Virus record (IMG/VR): IMGVR_UViG_3300037088_000232
Direction: 5' to 3' (one strand)
DNA from: a virus
DNA: 64,000 nucleotides
Shown: piece after piece, positions 18,716-28,191 of the stretch
Layout: every line of letters starts with the position of its first letter
Numbering within the stretch: the stretch's first letter is position 1
Notes under the pieces: model-generated
The model's database searches: none
What the model saw: the letters and a program-made list of their open reading frames with translations, nothing else
What the model was told of the DNA's origin: nothing
Position numbers and translations under genes: made by a program

Positions 18716-19381
18716 TTACCAGTTTATTTTTTCAATATTATGTTCCTCTAAATATATGTTAGTTTTACTAAAATGTTTATTTCCAGTGAATGGTCTACTC
18801 GTATTTAATGGTGAGGGATGACCACAACAAAGAATCAAATTATTTTCATCGTCCATGAACTGCCTAAAATTTTGAGCGAAACTACCCCAAAGTAGATAAA
18901 CTAAATTCTGTCTTTTTCTTAATACTTTTATTACATTATACATGAAAGGCTTCCATTTATCTGTATGACTTCCCGGTTTTCCTTTGACTACTGTTAAACC
19001 AGTATTAATTAAAAAAACACCCTGTCTTGACCAATCAGTTAAATTATATTTTACCTGACCACCGACATCCGATTTAACTTCTTTCATTATATTGATAAGC
19101 GATGGACTGAATCCTGATGTCTTTGTTCCATTACTAAAAGCTAATCCATCGAAACTATTATCGTGATAAATATCCTGACCTATAATCACAACCTTAACTT
19201 TATTAAATGGAGTTTCACGAAAAGATCGAAAAGCTAATTCCATTTTTTCTGGATATATAATCTTAGTTTCTTTTTCTTCTTTTAAAAATAATTTGAGATT
19301 GTTAAAATATTCCGAATGTAGGATTTCATTCAATTCTTCATACCACTCGATTCCAAAATATTTCTTGTAAATTTCGTCCAC
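18716..19381 (-). CDS. ung: uracil-DNA glycosylase, family 1
   Basis: VVIIGQDIYH, GVFLINTGLTV, CCGHPSPLNTSRPFTGNKHFSKTN motifs. Confidence 0.85.
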   Translation of the reverse strand: MDEIYKKYFGIEWYEELNEILHSEYFNNLKLFLKEEKETKIIYPEKMELAFRSFRETPFNKVKVVIIGQDIYHDNSFDGLAFSNGTKTSGFSPSLINIMKEVKSDVGGQVKYNLTDWSRQGVFLINTGLTVVKGKPGSHTDKWKPFMYNVIKVLRKRQNLVYLLWGSFAQNFRQFMDDENNLILCCGHPSPLNTSRPFTGNKHFSKTNIYLEEHNIEKINW

Positions 19382-19434
19382 TTAAATTATATCATGATTG
19401 AGGGGTTTTTGTTTTAAAAATTAATATATAACCA

Positions 19435-20340
19435 TTGATGATAACTACTTTTAATACATTCATATTAGAGAATAATCGTATTGATACTACCACATTATCA
19501 AAAGATGATGTAAAACGAATTATTGAAGAAAACTGTAAAGATTTCGATTATAATGATAAGAAAATTTATCGTGGAATATATCTTGAACAAAACCCATATT
19601 TAATAGATCCCAAAAAATATCATCGCCTTTCCGCAAACGCTGATAATTATTATAATATGATTGTAGATAATTCAATTTTATGGAAAGATTACCCGAAAAG
19701 AAAACACGCTTTGATTGGTACACTTATGTATTATCAAGCCGTACCTTATGGAACTGTTTTTAGAGTAATACCTTTTGATGGTGCCAAATTTGGTGTTGTT
19801 TCACAGGGAGATATGTGGCAATCATTTGATTATTTACAATCCAAAACTGGTATTGATGAATTAAATTATTTCGATATTTTGATTGATGATTTTCATCAAG
19901 CTTTGTTTGATGAAAAGAAACTGAATAATCTTGTTTATAATATATTTGTAAAACAGGTGAAAAAAATAGAAGATGAAATTAAAAAAGATCCTAACGGTTC
20001 ATCGAAGAAAATATCTCAATATTATCGTGGTTCTTATGATGATTATGTTGATTTCGGAAGAACTGGTAAGGAATATTATAAGAAATTCTTTAATTATATA
20101 TCTGACCAAATAGTTACAAAAAATAAATCATTACTGTCTGTTCTTGAAGATTTACTTTCACCAATAAGAAATGGATTTGAAGTTCTCAGTTATAAAGGAC
20201 TTTTGAATAAAAAAGTAAAAACATCTGGAGGTGTTCCTGAAGTATGGACAGATAGTAAATGTATATTAATTCCAGATTCATTGATGTTTGATCTCAATAT
20301 GAGAGATTTAGACATAACCAGTAACGGACTTCGTATTTAA
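19435..20340 (+). CDS. CTS-tagged protein, possible R-type ART (IYRGI motif)
   Basis: N-term MMITTFNTFILEN; KKIYRGIYL similar to 2949-4268 LYRGIRV; other ART motifs unclear. Confidence 0.35.
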   Translation: MMITTFNTFILENNRIDTTTLSKDDVKRIIEENCKDFDYNDKKIYRGIYLEQNPYLIDPKKYHRLSANADNYYNMIVDNSILWKDYPKRKHALIGTLMYYQAVPYGTVFRVIPFDGAKFGVVSQGDMWQSFDYLQSKTGIDELNYFDILIDDFHQALFDEKKLNNLVYNIFVKQVKKIEDEIKKDPNGSSKKISQYYRGSYDDYVDFGRTGKEYYKKFFNYISDQIVTKNKSLLSVLEDLLSPIRNGFEVLSYKGLLNKKVKTSGGVPEVWTDSKCILIPDSLMFDLNMRDLDITSNGLRI

Positions 20341-20349
20341 TTTTTTTAT

Positions 20350-20832
20350 TTGGAAACTTCTTCTTATATTTGTCAAAAATCGAATTATATGAATGATAAA
20401 ATCAAAAAAGCCGTTAAAGAATACCAGTGTCCCGGTTGTATGTGTGGTTCTAATATAACCTGTTATAAGAAAAGTGATTTGAGTGTTGGTTGTAGTGGAC
20501 ATCACGCTGGAACTGCTGTATCTTTCCAAGGTAAGATTTTTTCTGGGATGCCGAAAGGTTTTAATCGTCTTGGTTGTTCCTTCGGTGACGAACAACAGTT
20601 GAAAATAGAAATTTACGAAAAATTCGATGAAGAAGAAGTTTGGATGGGTAATCATCCAATGGGTAAATTCAATGTTCCTTGTTGGAAATATCTGAATGAA
20701 TTCGGACACACATTGGTCAGGGGATTGAGGCCGAGAAAAAATGAACCTTTCTTACATATCTTTCTTGAAGATTGTAGAGATAAAATCGGTGGTATCGAAA
20801 TCACAAAAGAGGAACTGGAAGAAATGGATTAA
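20350..20832 (+). CDS. Cys-rich hypothetical protein
   Basis: CPGCMCGS...C...CSGHH; 160 aa. Confidence 0.4.
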   Translation: METSSYICQKSNYMNDKIKKAVKEYQCPGCMCGSNITCYKKSDLSVGCSGHHAGTAVSFQGKIFSGMPKGFNRLGCSFGDEQQLKIEIYEKFDEEEVWMGNHPMGKFNVPCWKYLNEFGHTLVRGLRPRKNEPFLHIFLEDCRDKIGGIEITKEELEEMD

Positions 20833-20973
20833 TTTTAATTAATCAAAAATGAATGAACCTAAATTTCCACAAATATGTAAAAGAGGGTAATATTGGGGGT
20901 GGTTATTACATCATCCTTATCTTTATCCTTATCATAGTAATATTTATTTTATGAATTATAATAAAAAAAAATT

Positions 20974-21519
20974 ATGGGAACATTAATGTTAATTTTAATG
21001 ATTATTGCCATTGTACTAGCCATTTGGACATCAATAAATATCAACGATTCTATTTGGGGGAGAATTGGCGGGGCCATTATTCTCACACTCCTCTATTGGT
21101 GCGTTGTGGCATTGATTGTGATTTTTTTGACTGAAGTATTCAGAGGAATTGCTAATAAGAAAGAAGTACCTCTCAAAACAATGATTTACGGTATCAATAA
21201 GGAAACAACAATTCGTGGAGGATCATTCGTCATTGGATGTGGAAATATTGATAAGGAATACCGTTATTCTTATTATGTAAAGTATGGTAAAACAAGTGGA
21301 TTTATACTTGATGATGTACGATCTAAAAATACCGTTATCATAGAAGATGAAGAAATTCAACCTTATATTCTTAAAAATAAAGTGGTTATTATCATCAACC
21401 CGAAGTGGAAAAATTGGATTCTTGAAATGAAAAGAACAGAGGTCAAAGATGATGATGAAATTATTGAAATTCATGTACCAAAAGGTACGATTGTTCAAGA
21501 AGTTAGAGGAAAACTATGA
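20974..21519 (+). CDS. membrane protein (2 TM helices)
   Basis: Hydrophobic N-terminal 50 aa; 181 aa. Confidence 0.45.
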   Translation: MGTLMLILMIIAIVLAIWTSININDSIWGRIGGAIILTLLYWCVVALIVIFLTEVFRGIANKKEVPLKTMIYGINKETTIRGGSFVIGCGNIDKEYRYSYYVKYGKTSGFILDDVRSKNTVIIEDEEIQPYILKNKVVIIINPKWKNWILEMKRTEVKDDDEIIEIHVPKGTIVQEVRGKL

Positions 21520-21689
21520 GAAAACTTAAAAATATTTTAGGGGGAATTAATCTACCAATGGGTTTACTTCTTGGTATGTCTGGGAATGCACTTTTTAAAC
21601 ACACACATTTATTCATTTGGATTCCAGTTTTTTTATTGTGTTTGTGTTATTCTGTTTGGTACATTCGTTATATTATTGTAAATAGATAA
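21516..21689 (+). CDS. small membrane protein
   Basis: Not in ORF track (57 aa); ATGA overlap with upstream stop; two hydrophobic segments. Confidence 0.35.
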   Translation: MRKLKNILGGINLPMGLLLGMSGNALFKHTHLFIWIPVFLLCLCYSVWYIRYIIVNR

Positions 21690-21758
21690 ATTTCCCATTT
21701 TCATTTTTTTAATTGAATAATTTTTCCTATATTCGAATATACATTAATAAATCGAATT

Positions 21759-21920
21759 ATGAAAAATATTGCTATTTGTATTTTCTTCCTATTATGGTTA
21801 TTGGTCACAGTAATTTTGACAATTCTTGGAGTTGTCATTGTAGGAATCATTGCTCTGCTGATGATGTCAGATGAGGGTTGGTTTGATATTCCAAACAAAT
21901 TAATCAATAAACTAAATTAA
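21759..21920 (+). CDS. small membrane protein
   Basis: 54-aa ORF MKNIAICIFFLLWLLVTVILTILGVVIVGIIALLMM. Confidence 0.35.
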   Translation: MKNIAICIFFLLWLLVTVILTILGVVIVGIIALLMMSDEGWFDIPNKLINKLN

Positions 21921-21930
21921 TAAATATCTG

Positions 21931-22383
21931 ATGAAGAATAAACAATGGTATAAAATAGTAGATCTTGAGAACGGGAAAATAAAAACCTTATTTCATGGAT
22001 TAAATGGCAGTCGAGTATTACCTACTGGTAAATGGTTAACCGCCACTAAAAAAATGGTGAGTGATGGTAAAGGGACGGAATATTTATCAGGATTCCATAT
22101 TATGGAGAATCTGAATGAATCTATTAGATATCTGAAAAGATTTAAAAACATTCAAAATAAAGCAGTTGTTCTTGTATCGGTAAATAAAGTATGGAAGAAA
22201 GAACACAGTAATTCCAATGTTTGGTTGGCTGAAAAAATAATAATCCATAAAGTTGTTTTTCAGTATCAAAAACCAGAGATAAAGGGAGTGGGTAGTTTAC
22301 TCACACATTATTTCGGAATAGATCCCGGATATTATATGACCTTATCAAATGAAGAAGTCTCAAAATTAAAAAGGATAAGGTAA
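21931..22383 (+). CDS. hypothetical protein
   Basis: 150-aa ORF. Confidence 0.4.
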   Translation: MKNKQWYKIVDLENGKIKTLFHGLNGSRVLPTGKWLTATKKMVSDGKGTEYLSGFHIMENLNESIRYLKRFKNIQNKAVVLVSVNKVWKKEHSNSNVWLAEKIIIHKVVFQYQKPEIKGVGSLLTHYFGIDPGYYMTLSNEEVSKLKRIR

Positions 22384-22400
22384 TCCCCCATCCCATATAA

Positions 22401-22447
22401 AAATCCTTTTTCGTTTTTTATATTTAATATATAACGAAAAAGGATTT
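22401..22447 (+). promoter_or_regulatory. perfect 13-15 bp inverted repeat (hairpin) whose 3' arm covers the AAGGA Shine-Dalgarno-like sequence 7 nt upstream of the 22454 ATG
   Basis: aaatcctttttcg (22401-22413) / cgaaaaaggattt (22435-22447), 21-nt AT loop. Confidence 0.45.
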
Positions 22448-22453
22448 GTATTT

Positions 22454-22804
22454 ATGGAAAATTTATTAACTTTCGAAAAATTCATAACAGAAATGGCTGG
22501 GAAAAAAGGTTTCATGGATGTTTATACCAAAAAATATGATCCAAGTAAAAGGGGTTATGGTAATCCCGATAAATGGAAAGATGCTTTTGATATTAGAATG
22601 GATAGGGATGTGGCTAAAGGAATCTTAGCTAACAAAGATCCATATGATGTACTTGGTATTCCAAAAACAGCCAATAAATACGAAATAAAGAGTGCATATA
22701 GAAAGTTAGCTATGGAGTTTCATCCAGACAGGAATCCAAATAAAGATACCACAAAAATTTTCCAAGAAATACAAGCTGCCTACGAAATGTTAAGAGAAGA
22801 TTAA
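22454..22804 (+). CDS. CTS-tagged J-domain (DnaJ-like) protein
   Basis: N-term MENLLTFEKFITE; J domain DPYDVLGIPKTANKYEIKSAYRKLAMEFHPDRNP. Confidence 0.8.
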   Translation: MENLLTFEKFITEMAGKKGFMDVYTKKYDPSKRGYGNPDKWKDAFDIRMDRDVAKGILANKDPYDVLGIPKTANKYEIKSAYRKLAMEFHPDRNPNKDTTKIFQEIQAAYEMLRED

Positions 22805-22834
22805 GTCAGGTACGAGTGGTCAGTAACAAAAAAA

Positions 22835-22858
22835 CCCAGAGTTCATCTGGGTTTTTTG
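22835..22858. terminator. bidirectional rho-independent terminator
   Basis: cccaga-gttca-tctggg hairpin flanked by A7 upstream and T6 downstream. Confidence 0.7.
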
Positions 22859-22880
22859 TTTTGAATATAAATGTAAAATA

Positions 22881-23069
22881 TTATCTTAATTTAACATTAG
22901 TTGCATTTAATCCTTTTTTTCCTTCGGTTAATTCGTACTCAACCTCATCGTTTTTTTGTATTTGATCCACTAAACCTGTTGAGTGTACGAAATACTCTTT
23001 TCCTGTTGATTCATCTAAGATAAAACCAAAACCTTTGGTTTCGTCAAAGAACTTTACTTTTCCATTCAT
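22881..23069 (-). CDS. cold-shock protein (CspA family)
   Basis: KGFGFI RNP1 motif, VHSTGL, 62 aa. Confidence 0.85.
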   Translation of the reverse strand: MNGKVKFFDETKGFGFILDESTGKEYFVHSTGLVDQIQKNDEVEYELTEGKKGLNATNVKLR

Positions 23070-23187
23070 GTAATTGTATTTATTATTTTTTATTAATTGT
23101 AGAATATTCTACAAGTATTGTATTCTAAATATAAACAAAAGTTTCATTTATATTTACGAAGTTATATATAAACTAAAATTAGGTCAT

Positions 23188-23688
23188 TTATTCCATTTCC
23201 AAAACATTCGATGGAATTAATACATTTTTGTTTATGATAACCCAAGCGATATTATCTCCTTTACCATTCAAATCATCTGGAATTTTAACTACATCATACC
23301 CCTCATTCTTTGCATGTGATACGATAAAATCACATTTATGGGTTTTTGACTGAATATCATATTGAAAAAGTCTACCAGAAGTAATATAATTTTCTAAATC
23401 TGTATCTTCTAATTCATCACCATAAATAATTTCATTTTTCACCATCCAACTATATAAATCATATCCGTCACTTAAATCTAAAATTGAGGCTCCATTTTTT
23501 AATTTAAAGGTTAATATATTATTTCCATAATCTTTGGCTACTGAACGAGAGGTACTGGTGTAAATACCTTTTAATCTCTTATCTGGTTCTATTTCACTCT
23601 CAGTTATATTTTCATTCGTTCCATGATATAAAGTAACTAAAAACAGTTCTGATGATTGTTCCTCGAATATTTTGAATTTCTTAATCAT
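23188..23688 (-). CDS. ART-fold-like protein (H-G-T / S-T-S / E-hydrophobic motifs)
   Basis: LYHGTNE ... IYTSTSRS ... KNEIIYGD; weak CTS-like N-term MIKKFKIFEE. Confidence 0.4.
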   Translation of the reverse strand: MIKKFKIFEEQSSELFLVTLYHGTNENITESEIEPDKRLKGIYTSTSRSVAKDYGNNILTFKLKNGASILDLSDGYDLYSWMVKNEIIYGDELEDTDLENYITSGRLFQYDIQSKTHKCDFIVSHAKNEGYDVVKIPDDLNGKGDNIAWVIINKNVLIPSNVLEME

Positions 23689-24472
23689 TTTTCAAAATTT
23701 TTGTTGTATAAATTGTTGATCCAGATTTAATTTTTTCATATTCTGATTTATCAATGATGAACAATTTTGCTGTTTTTACTATTCTTGAAACTTGAAAATG
23801 TAATCCAACATCAGAAAGATTTGTTTCTCCCATACAAACATCAAATGTACAATCTTTTTGTTCTCTTGAAACATTTAACACATATTGTAAATTCTCTATT
23901 TTCTTATTCCAAAATTCCAATAAACTATCTTTGTTTGAAAATGGTGTTAAATTAAAATGTTCACCCCCACTTGGATTTGTTCTTTTTTGAAGATATATAA
24001 AGAATGTTTTTTTATTTTCTTTACCAATTAACTCGTCTCTTATTCCGATCTCTTTAATATTCGGATCATGGGACAATCCAACTTTTATACCAATATTTAA
24101 TTTGTTTATTCGATTCATTTCAGAACGAAAATACATTCCATGTGAACCCCCATAATCCTTATAAATATTTCTTTGTGCTAATAAAACATGAATCATTTCG
24201 TGGGCCAACACATCTCTTAGTTGTTGTCTTGTAAAACTGAAATTTTTAGATATGCATAATCTGTGAGCGGTCATTGTAATACTATGAGTCGTTCTATTTT
24301 TTAATGCCGTTATGTCAACAAAAGCTTTCGAATTCTTATTTGTGACAAAGACAATTGGAATTTTCTTTATTTCATTGTTAAAACATAATTCATTTACATC
24401 GTCAAATTCATTTTCAACATCATGTTCGAATTGAAAATTTTCATTTAAAAAATCTGTGAAGTCTGTTATCAT
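23681..24472 (-). CDS. CTS-tagged SprT-like zinc metalloprotease
   Basis: N-term MITDFTDFLNE; VLAHEMIHVLLAQ...H HExxH motif. Confidence 0.55.
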   Translation of the reverse strand: MITDFTDFLNENFQFEHDVENEFDDVNELCFNNEIKKIPIVFVTNKNSKAFVDITALKNRTTHSITMTAHRLCISKNFSFTRQQLRDVLAHEMIHVLLAQRNIYKDYGGSHGMYFRSEMNRINKLNIGIKVGLSHDPNIKEIGIRDELIGKENKKTFFIYLQKRTNPSGGEHFNLTPFSNKDSLLEFWNKKIENLQYVLNVSREQKDCTFDVCMGETNLSDVGLHFQVSRIVKTAKLFIIDKSEYEKIKSGSTIYTTKILKND

Positions 24473-24564
24473 ATGAGTATATATAAAAAAGTCAACCCAA
24501 AAATAAACCAGATAACCTCAGATAATCATATTTAGTTATATGGTATAAACCTAAAAATTTTGAT

Positions 24565-24762
24565 ATGACAGATTTAGAAAAATTGAAATCGGTTCTCGAT
24601 GAATTAGATTTGTATTATGAATTGGAAGAATTAAATCCTTTCCTTGAACATTCAAAACAATTCAAATTGACTTTGATTAATCGTTGGAAAGAAGAATGTG
24701 GATATTGCTTCAATTCAGATGGTTCATTTTGTCTTTTCCAACAAAAAGAAAAATCTTATTGA
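24565..24762 (+). CDS. hypothetical small protein
   Basis: 65-aa ORF. Confidence 0.3.
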   Translation: MTDLEKLKSVLDELDLYYELEELNPFLEHSKQFKLTLINRWKEECGYCFNSDGSFCLFQQKEKSY

Positions 24763-24788
24763 TATTTTTTTGTTTCATCTTTTTGTAA

Positions 24789-24796
24789 TACCTTTG
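24789..24796 (+). promoter_or_regulatory. Bacteroidota-type -7 promoter element TAnnTTTG
   Basis: TACCTTTG followed by TAG, 17 nt upstream of 24813 ATG. Confidence 0.35.
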
Positions 24797-24812
24797 TAGA
24801 AAATTACAAAGA

Positions 24813-25616
24813 ATGAAACCTTGTGATATCTGTCTGGAAAAAGTTTGTAAAGGGCCGAATGGTCCGGGAACTTGTAATTGTGAAGAATGTTCCGTAAAAG
24901 ATACTTGTCCAAGGAAACTCCACGCTACCGTCAGAATTACTTTAAAATGTACTCAATCCTGTGGACATTGTTGTTATGAATGTTCTCCCAAGATGGATAC
25001 CCACATGACCATAAAAATGGCCAAAAAAGTTTCCGCTTTTCTTAAAAACAACGAAGTACAAATGGTTAATCTCATGGGTGGTGAAATTTTTTGTAATCCA
25101 CATTGGAAAAAAATTCTGGATTTAATTATTCCCTCAGTTCCTTTGGTTCGTATTGTATCCAATGGAGATTGGATTGAAGGATGTCCTGAATTCGCTGAAT
25201 ATCTCACCAAATTCAAAAACTGTTATGTCAGTATCTCAAAAGATGAATGGCATAACATGAAAAATGTTGATAAAGCTCTCAAAGTCCTCAAAGAAAATAA
25301 TATCCTTTTCAATACTCCTAAACACGAAGAAAAAGAAGAAAATTTAGTTCCTGTTGGTAGAGCTGAATTAAGTGGATTCGGTTTTTATGGAACTTTCGGA
25401 TGTTATTGTCATAATCCAGAAAAACAATATTCGTTTCTCATTGACGAAAAAGGTGATATTTTCAAATGTGGATTTGGTATATGGAATTACGATTCAATAG
25501 ATACTTATGTTGATGGTGGATTCACAACAAGATTTAAAGAATTCAACAAAGTTTTTTACGGAGTATTTATTCCCAGCTGTAGTTCTTGTATCAGATCTTG
25601 TAATAATTTCAAATAA
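24813..25616 (+). CDS. radical SAM enzyme with Cys-rich N- and C-termini
   Basis: CTQSCGHC = CxxxCxxC, LMGGEIF (GGE SAM motif); extra Cys clusters. Confidence 0.65.
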   Translation: MKPCDICLEKVCKGPNGPGTCNCEECSVKDTCPRKLHATVRITLKCTQSCGHCCYECSPKMDTHMTIKMAKKVSAFLKNNEVQMVNLMGGEIFCNPHWKKILDLIIPSVPLVRIVSNGDWIEGCPEFAEYLTKFKNCYVSISKDEWHNMKNVDKALKVLKENNILFNTPKHEEKEENLVPVGRAELSGFGFYGTFGCYCHNPEKQYSFLIDEKGDIFKCGFGIWNYDSIDTYVDGGFTTRFKEFNKVFYGVFIPSCSSCIRSCNNFK

Positions 25617-25620
25617 AAAA

Positions 25621-25646
25621 CCCCATTCAGATTTCTCTAAATGGGG
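25621..25646. terminator. hairpin terminator (mainly for minus-strand flotillin gene)
   Basis: ccccatt / aatgggg 7-bp stem; A-run 25611-25620 gives T-run on minus strand. Confidence 0.55.
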
Positions 25647-25729
25647 TCTTAAATCCCGTTTCACCCGTTTGTGGAGTCGTTTTAACGGAAGCGAACTCTA
25701 CACCTCTCCTTGACAAAGTAATGACTACT

Positions 25730-28057
25730 TTATTTTGATGTAGTTGGTGGAAGAGTTTTCTGATTTGGTGTCTGATTTGGTGTCATTAGTTTAGTAAGAA
25801 CACCTGACAGTAATCCACTATCACCGTTTGTTACCAATGTATCAGGTACTATTTTCACACCTCCTTGTGCTATTTTTTCAGCGACTTGAACTTGAATAAC
25901 TCCTTCTTGACCAATAGCTGATTTTTGTTTTTCGTAACCTTCTGCAGTGGCTCCCATCTTTGCCTCGATGGCTACCCCCTCAGCTTTACCAATGGCCTCA
26001 ATACCAGCGGCCTCTCCTTCTTTCTTCAATTTTGTAGATTGACCTTCTCCTTCAGCGAGTTTAATTGTCTTTAATTTGACATTCTCGGCCACTTTTACAT
26101 CAATTTCAGAAGCAACCAATTCTGGTTGTTTATTAGCTTCGGCTGTAGTTTTCTCCATAGAGATACGAGATTGTTGAGCTTTCTGTTGTTCAAAGTACAT
26201 TGCCTGTTGCTGTTGAGCGATAATTCTTTCAGTCTGAGTTTTCATCAAATCCTCTGGTAACTGAATTTGACAAATAAGAACACTTACTAATTCGACATGG
26301 TATTTCACCAATTCCTGACGAGCTCTATCTTCAGCCTTCTGTTGTTCTTCATGACGATTTTGCATGAATGCCATGGCTGATGTTGAAGATGCTTGATTAC
26401 GGAATGACGAGTCAATCATCGGGTGGATGACATGCTCGACTAAGTTCTGGATTGAACCAATTTTTGCTACCATATAAGGTGCTTGGTCAGGACGAATCCT
26501 GATAACAACCTTAACGGATACACTGATTTCAAAACCATCATGAGATACAACTTTCAATGGATCAAAACGAGTTTCTTTCGAATCATCCCAATCAATTGTA
26601 ATGTTAGTGGTATCAACCACATATGCGATATAAGCTCTACGGTTCAAGTAATAAATCCCCGGACCAGCTACTTCCTGTTGAATACCTCTGAATCCCTTAG
26701 GAACTACATATCTTTCGATTCCGATATCCAATCTTTTTTCGATTCCACCTGCTGTAACACTATCGTCTTGAACTCCTTCGGCACTTGGTGTAATAATTGG
26801 GGAAGATTCCTTTTCTTTCTCAGCTCTTGCAACATCATCAACCATTTCTTTTACCTGAGGTGGTTCATCTCCGACATTTGATACAAGAACGGCCACTTGA
26901 CCACGCTCAATTACAGCGACATCATCAAGTTCGACACTAAACATCAACGGATTGATATAGTATGTACCCGGCTTCAACACATCAAATTGAGGTCCACGTT
27001 GACCACCATTCTTTAAGAATGTTGTTAAATCTTGGAAATTATTATGTCCTTCAATTGGTTTAGCTACATATTCAGTTTCAGGTAAAGGTTTACCATCACG
27101 AGCGACAACGATACCAATTTTTTTATCTGGAATAACAATAGTTTCTTTAATTTCGACTTTGAATAAAGCCACATTGATACGATATTTACCCGGAAGTAAT
27201 ATGGTAGTCTGAGGCCCTTTTTCTCCACCGTTATCTAAGAAAGTTTTTCCATCTTCAAAATTCTTTTGACCATCAATATATTTGGCTAATAAACGACCAT
27301 CACTGATAGGTTTACCGTCTTGAGCGGTTACGATACCAATCTGTCCTTTTTCAATAACTGTGATTGGAACTGGTGTTACTTTAAATAAAAGAGTATTGAT
27401 ACGATAGTTACCCGGAGGTAAAATTTGAATTTGAGGACCTTTCTCACCACCATTCTTTAAAAAAGAGGCGGCATCTTGAAATAAATCACAATCAACTACT
27501 TTACCAAAAATACGACCAGATGGTACTGGTTGTCCATCAATAGATTCTACTATACCAATTTGATTCTCAGCAATAACTGTAACTGGAACTGTCTTTACAT
27601 TAAAAAGTAAAGGATTAATACGATAGAGTCCCGGTGGTATGATAGGAATTTGAGGCCCTTTTTCACCACCATTGGTTAAGAATAATTCTCCGTCTTGAAA
27701 CAAATTACATTCAATTGGTTTAGCGAAAATTTTCCCAGATGGAACAGGATCTCCATCCGATGAAACAACTAAACCGATTTCATTTGTACCAATAACTGTG
27801 AAATCCTGTTTCTTTCTTTTATAAATGAAAGGGAATAAGAAGTACAAACCCGGACCCATTGCCCTTGCTTGAACTCCAATTTGTTTACTCATGGCAAAAA
27901 CTCTGTTTTTCGGCATCTGTGCACCCATCCAGCGTCTTTCCAATACTTTAATTTCTTTACCACCCACAATAAGGATTGAACTCCAAATCAGGACAATAAG
28001 AAAGATGACAGCTATAGAAATACCTGCTATCATCAAATAAAATAAAACTGTAGCCAT
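25730..28057 (-). CDS. flotillin/SPFH (band-7) family membrane protein with four internal ~77-aa repeats and C-terminal A/E/G-rich flotillin tail
   Basis: N-terminal TM; repeats IGIV..DG.P.P.G...AK.I....FQD...FL.NGGEKGPQ...PG.YRIN.LLF (approx nt 26857-27787); AEGEGQSTKLKKEGEAAGIEAIGKAEG tail. Confidence 0.7.
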   Translation of the reverse strand: MATVLFYLMIAGISIAVIFLIVLIWSSILIVGGKEIKVLERRWMGAQMPKNRVFAMSKQIGVQARAMGPGLYFLFPFIYKRKKQDFTVIGTNEIGLVVSSDGDPVPSGKIFAKPIECNLFQDGELFLTNGGEKGPQIPIIPPGLYRINPLLFNVKTVPVTVIAENQIGIVESIDGQPVPSGRIFGKVVDCDLFQDAASFLKNGGEKGPQIQILPPGNYRINTLLFKVTPVPITVIEKGQIGIVTAQDGKPISDGRLLAKYIDGQKNFEDGKTFLDNGGEKGPQTTILLPGKYRINVALFKVEIKETIVIPDKKIGIVVARDGKPLPETEYVAKPIEGHNNFQDLTTFLKNGGQRGPQFDVLKPGTYYINPLMFSVELDDVAVIERGQVAVLVSNVGDEPPQVKEMVDDVARAEKEKESSPIITPSAEGVQDDSVTAGGIEKRLDIGIERYVVPKGFRGIQQEVAGPGIYYLNRRAYIAYVVDTTNITIDWDDSKETRFDPLKVVSHDGFEISVSVKVVIRIRPDQAPYMVAKIGSIQNLVEHVIHPMIDSSFRNQASSTSAMAFMQNRHEEQQKAEDRARQELVKYHVELVSVLICQIQLPEDLMKTQTERIIAQQQQAMYFEQQKAQQSRISMEKTTAEANKQPELVASEIDVKVAENVKLKTIKLAEGEGQSTKLKKEGEAAGIEAIGKAEGVAIEAKMGATAEGYEKQKSAIGQEGVIQVQVAEKIAQGGVKIVPDTLVTNGDSGLLSGVLTKLMTPNQTPNQKTLPPTTSK

Positions 28058-28191
28058 TAATTTGTGTATTAAAATTGCCTACTCTTTTCACCATTTTCGG
28101 CTTACTGGTTGAATATTATATCATCGGAAGCCGAAAAAAGTTTTAAAAATTGTTTTAATATATACATAATAGAAAATAATATATCAATATT

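Noticed and set aside
26483-26881. 132-aa + strand ORF
   Set aside because: Antisense shadow inside the flotillin/SPFH gene; same reasoning applies to 45318-45795, 49087-49290, 8649-8954, 24974-25216, 56110-56325 and other antisense ORFs in the track.
26857-27787. Possible CRISPR array or DNA-level tandem repeat
   Set aside because: Periodicity is about 230 nt, in-frame and protein-coding (flotillin repeats). No short repeat-spacer structure was seen anywhere in the window, including the primase-adjacent protein repeats 48723-49593.
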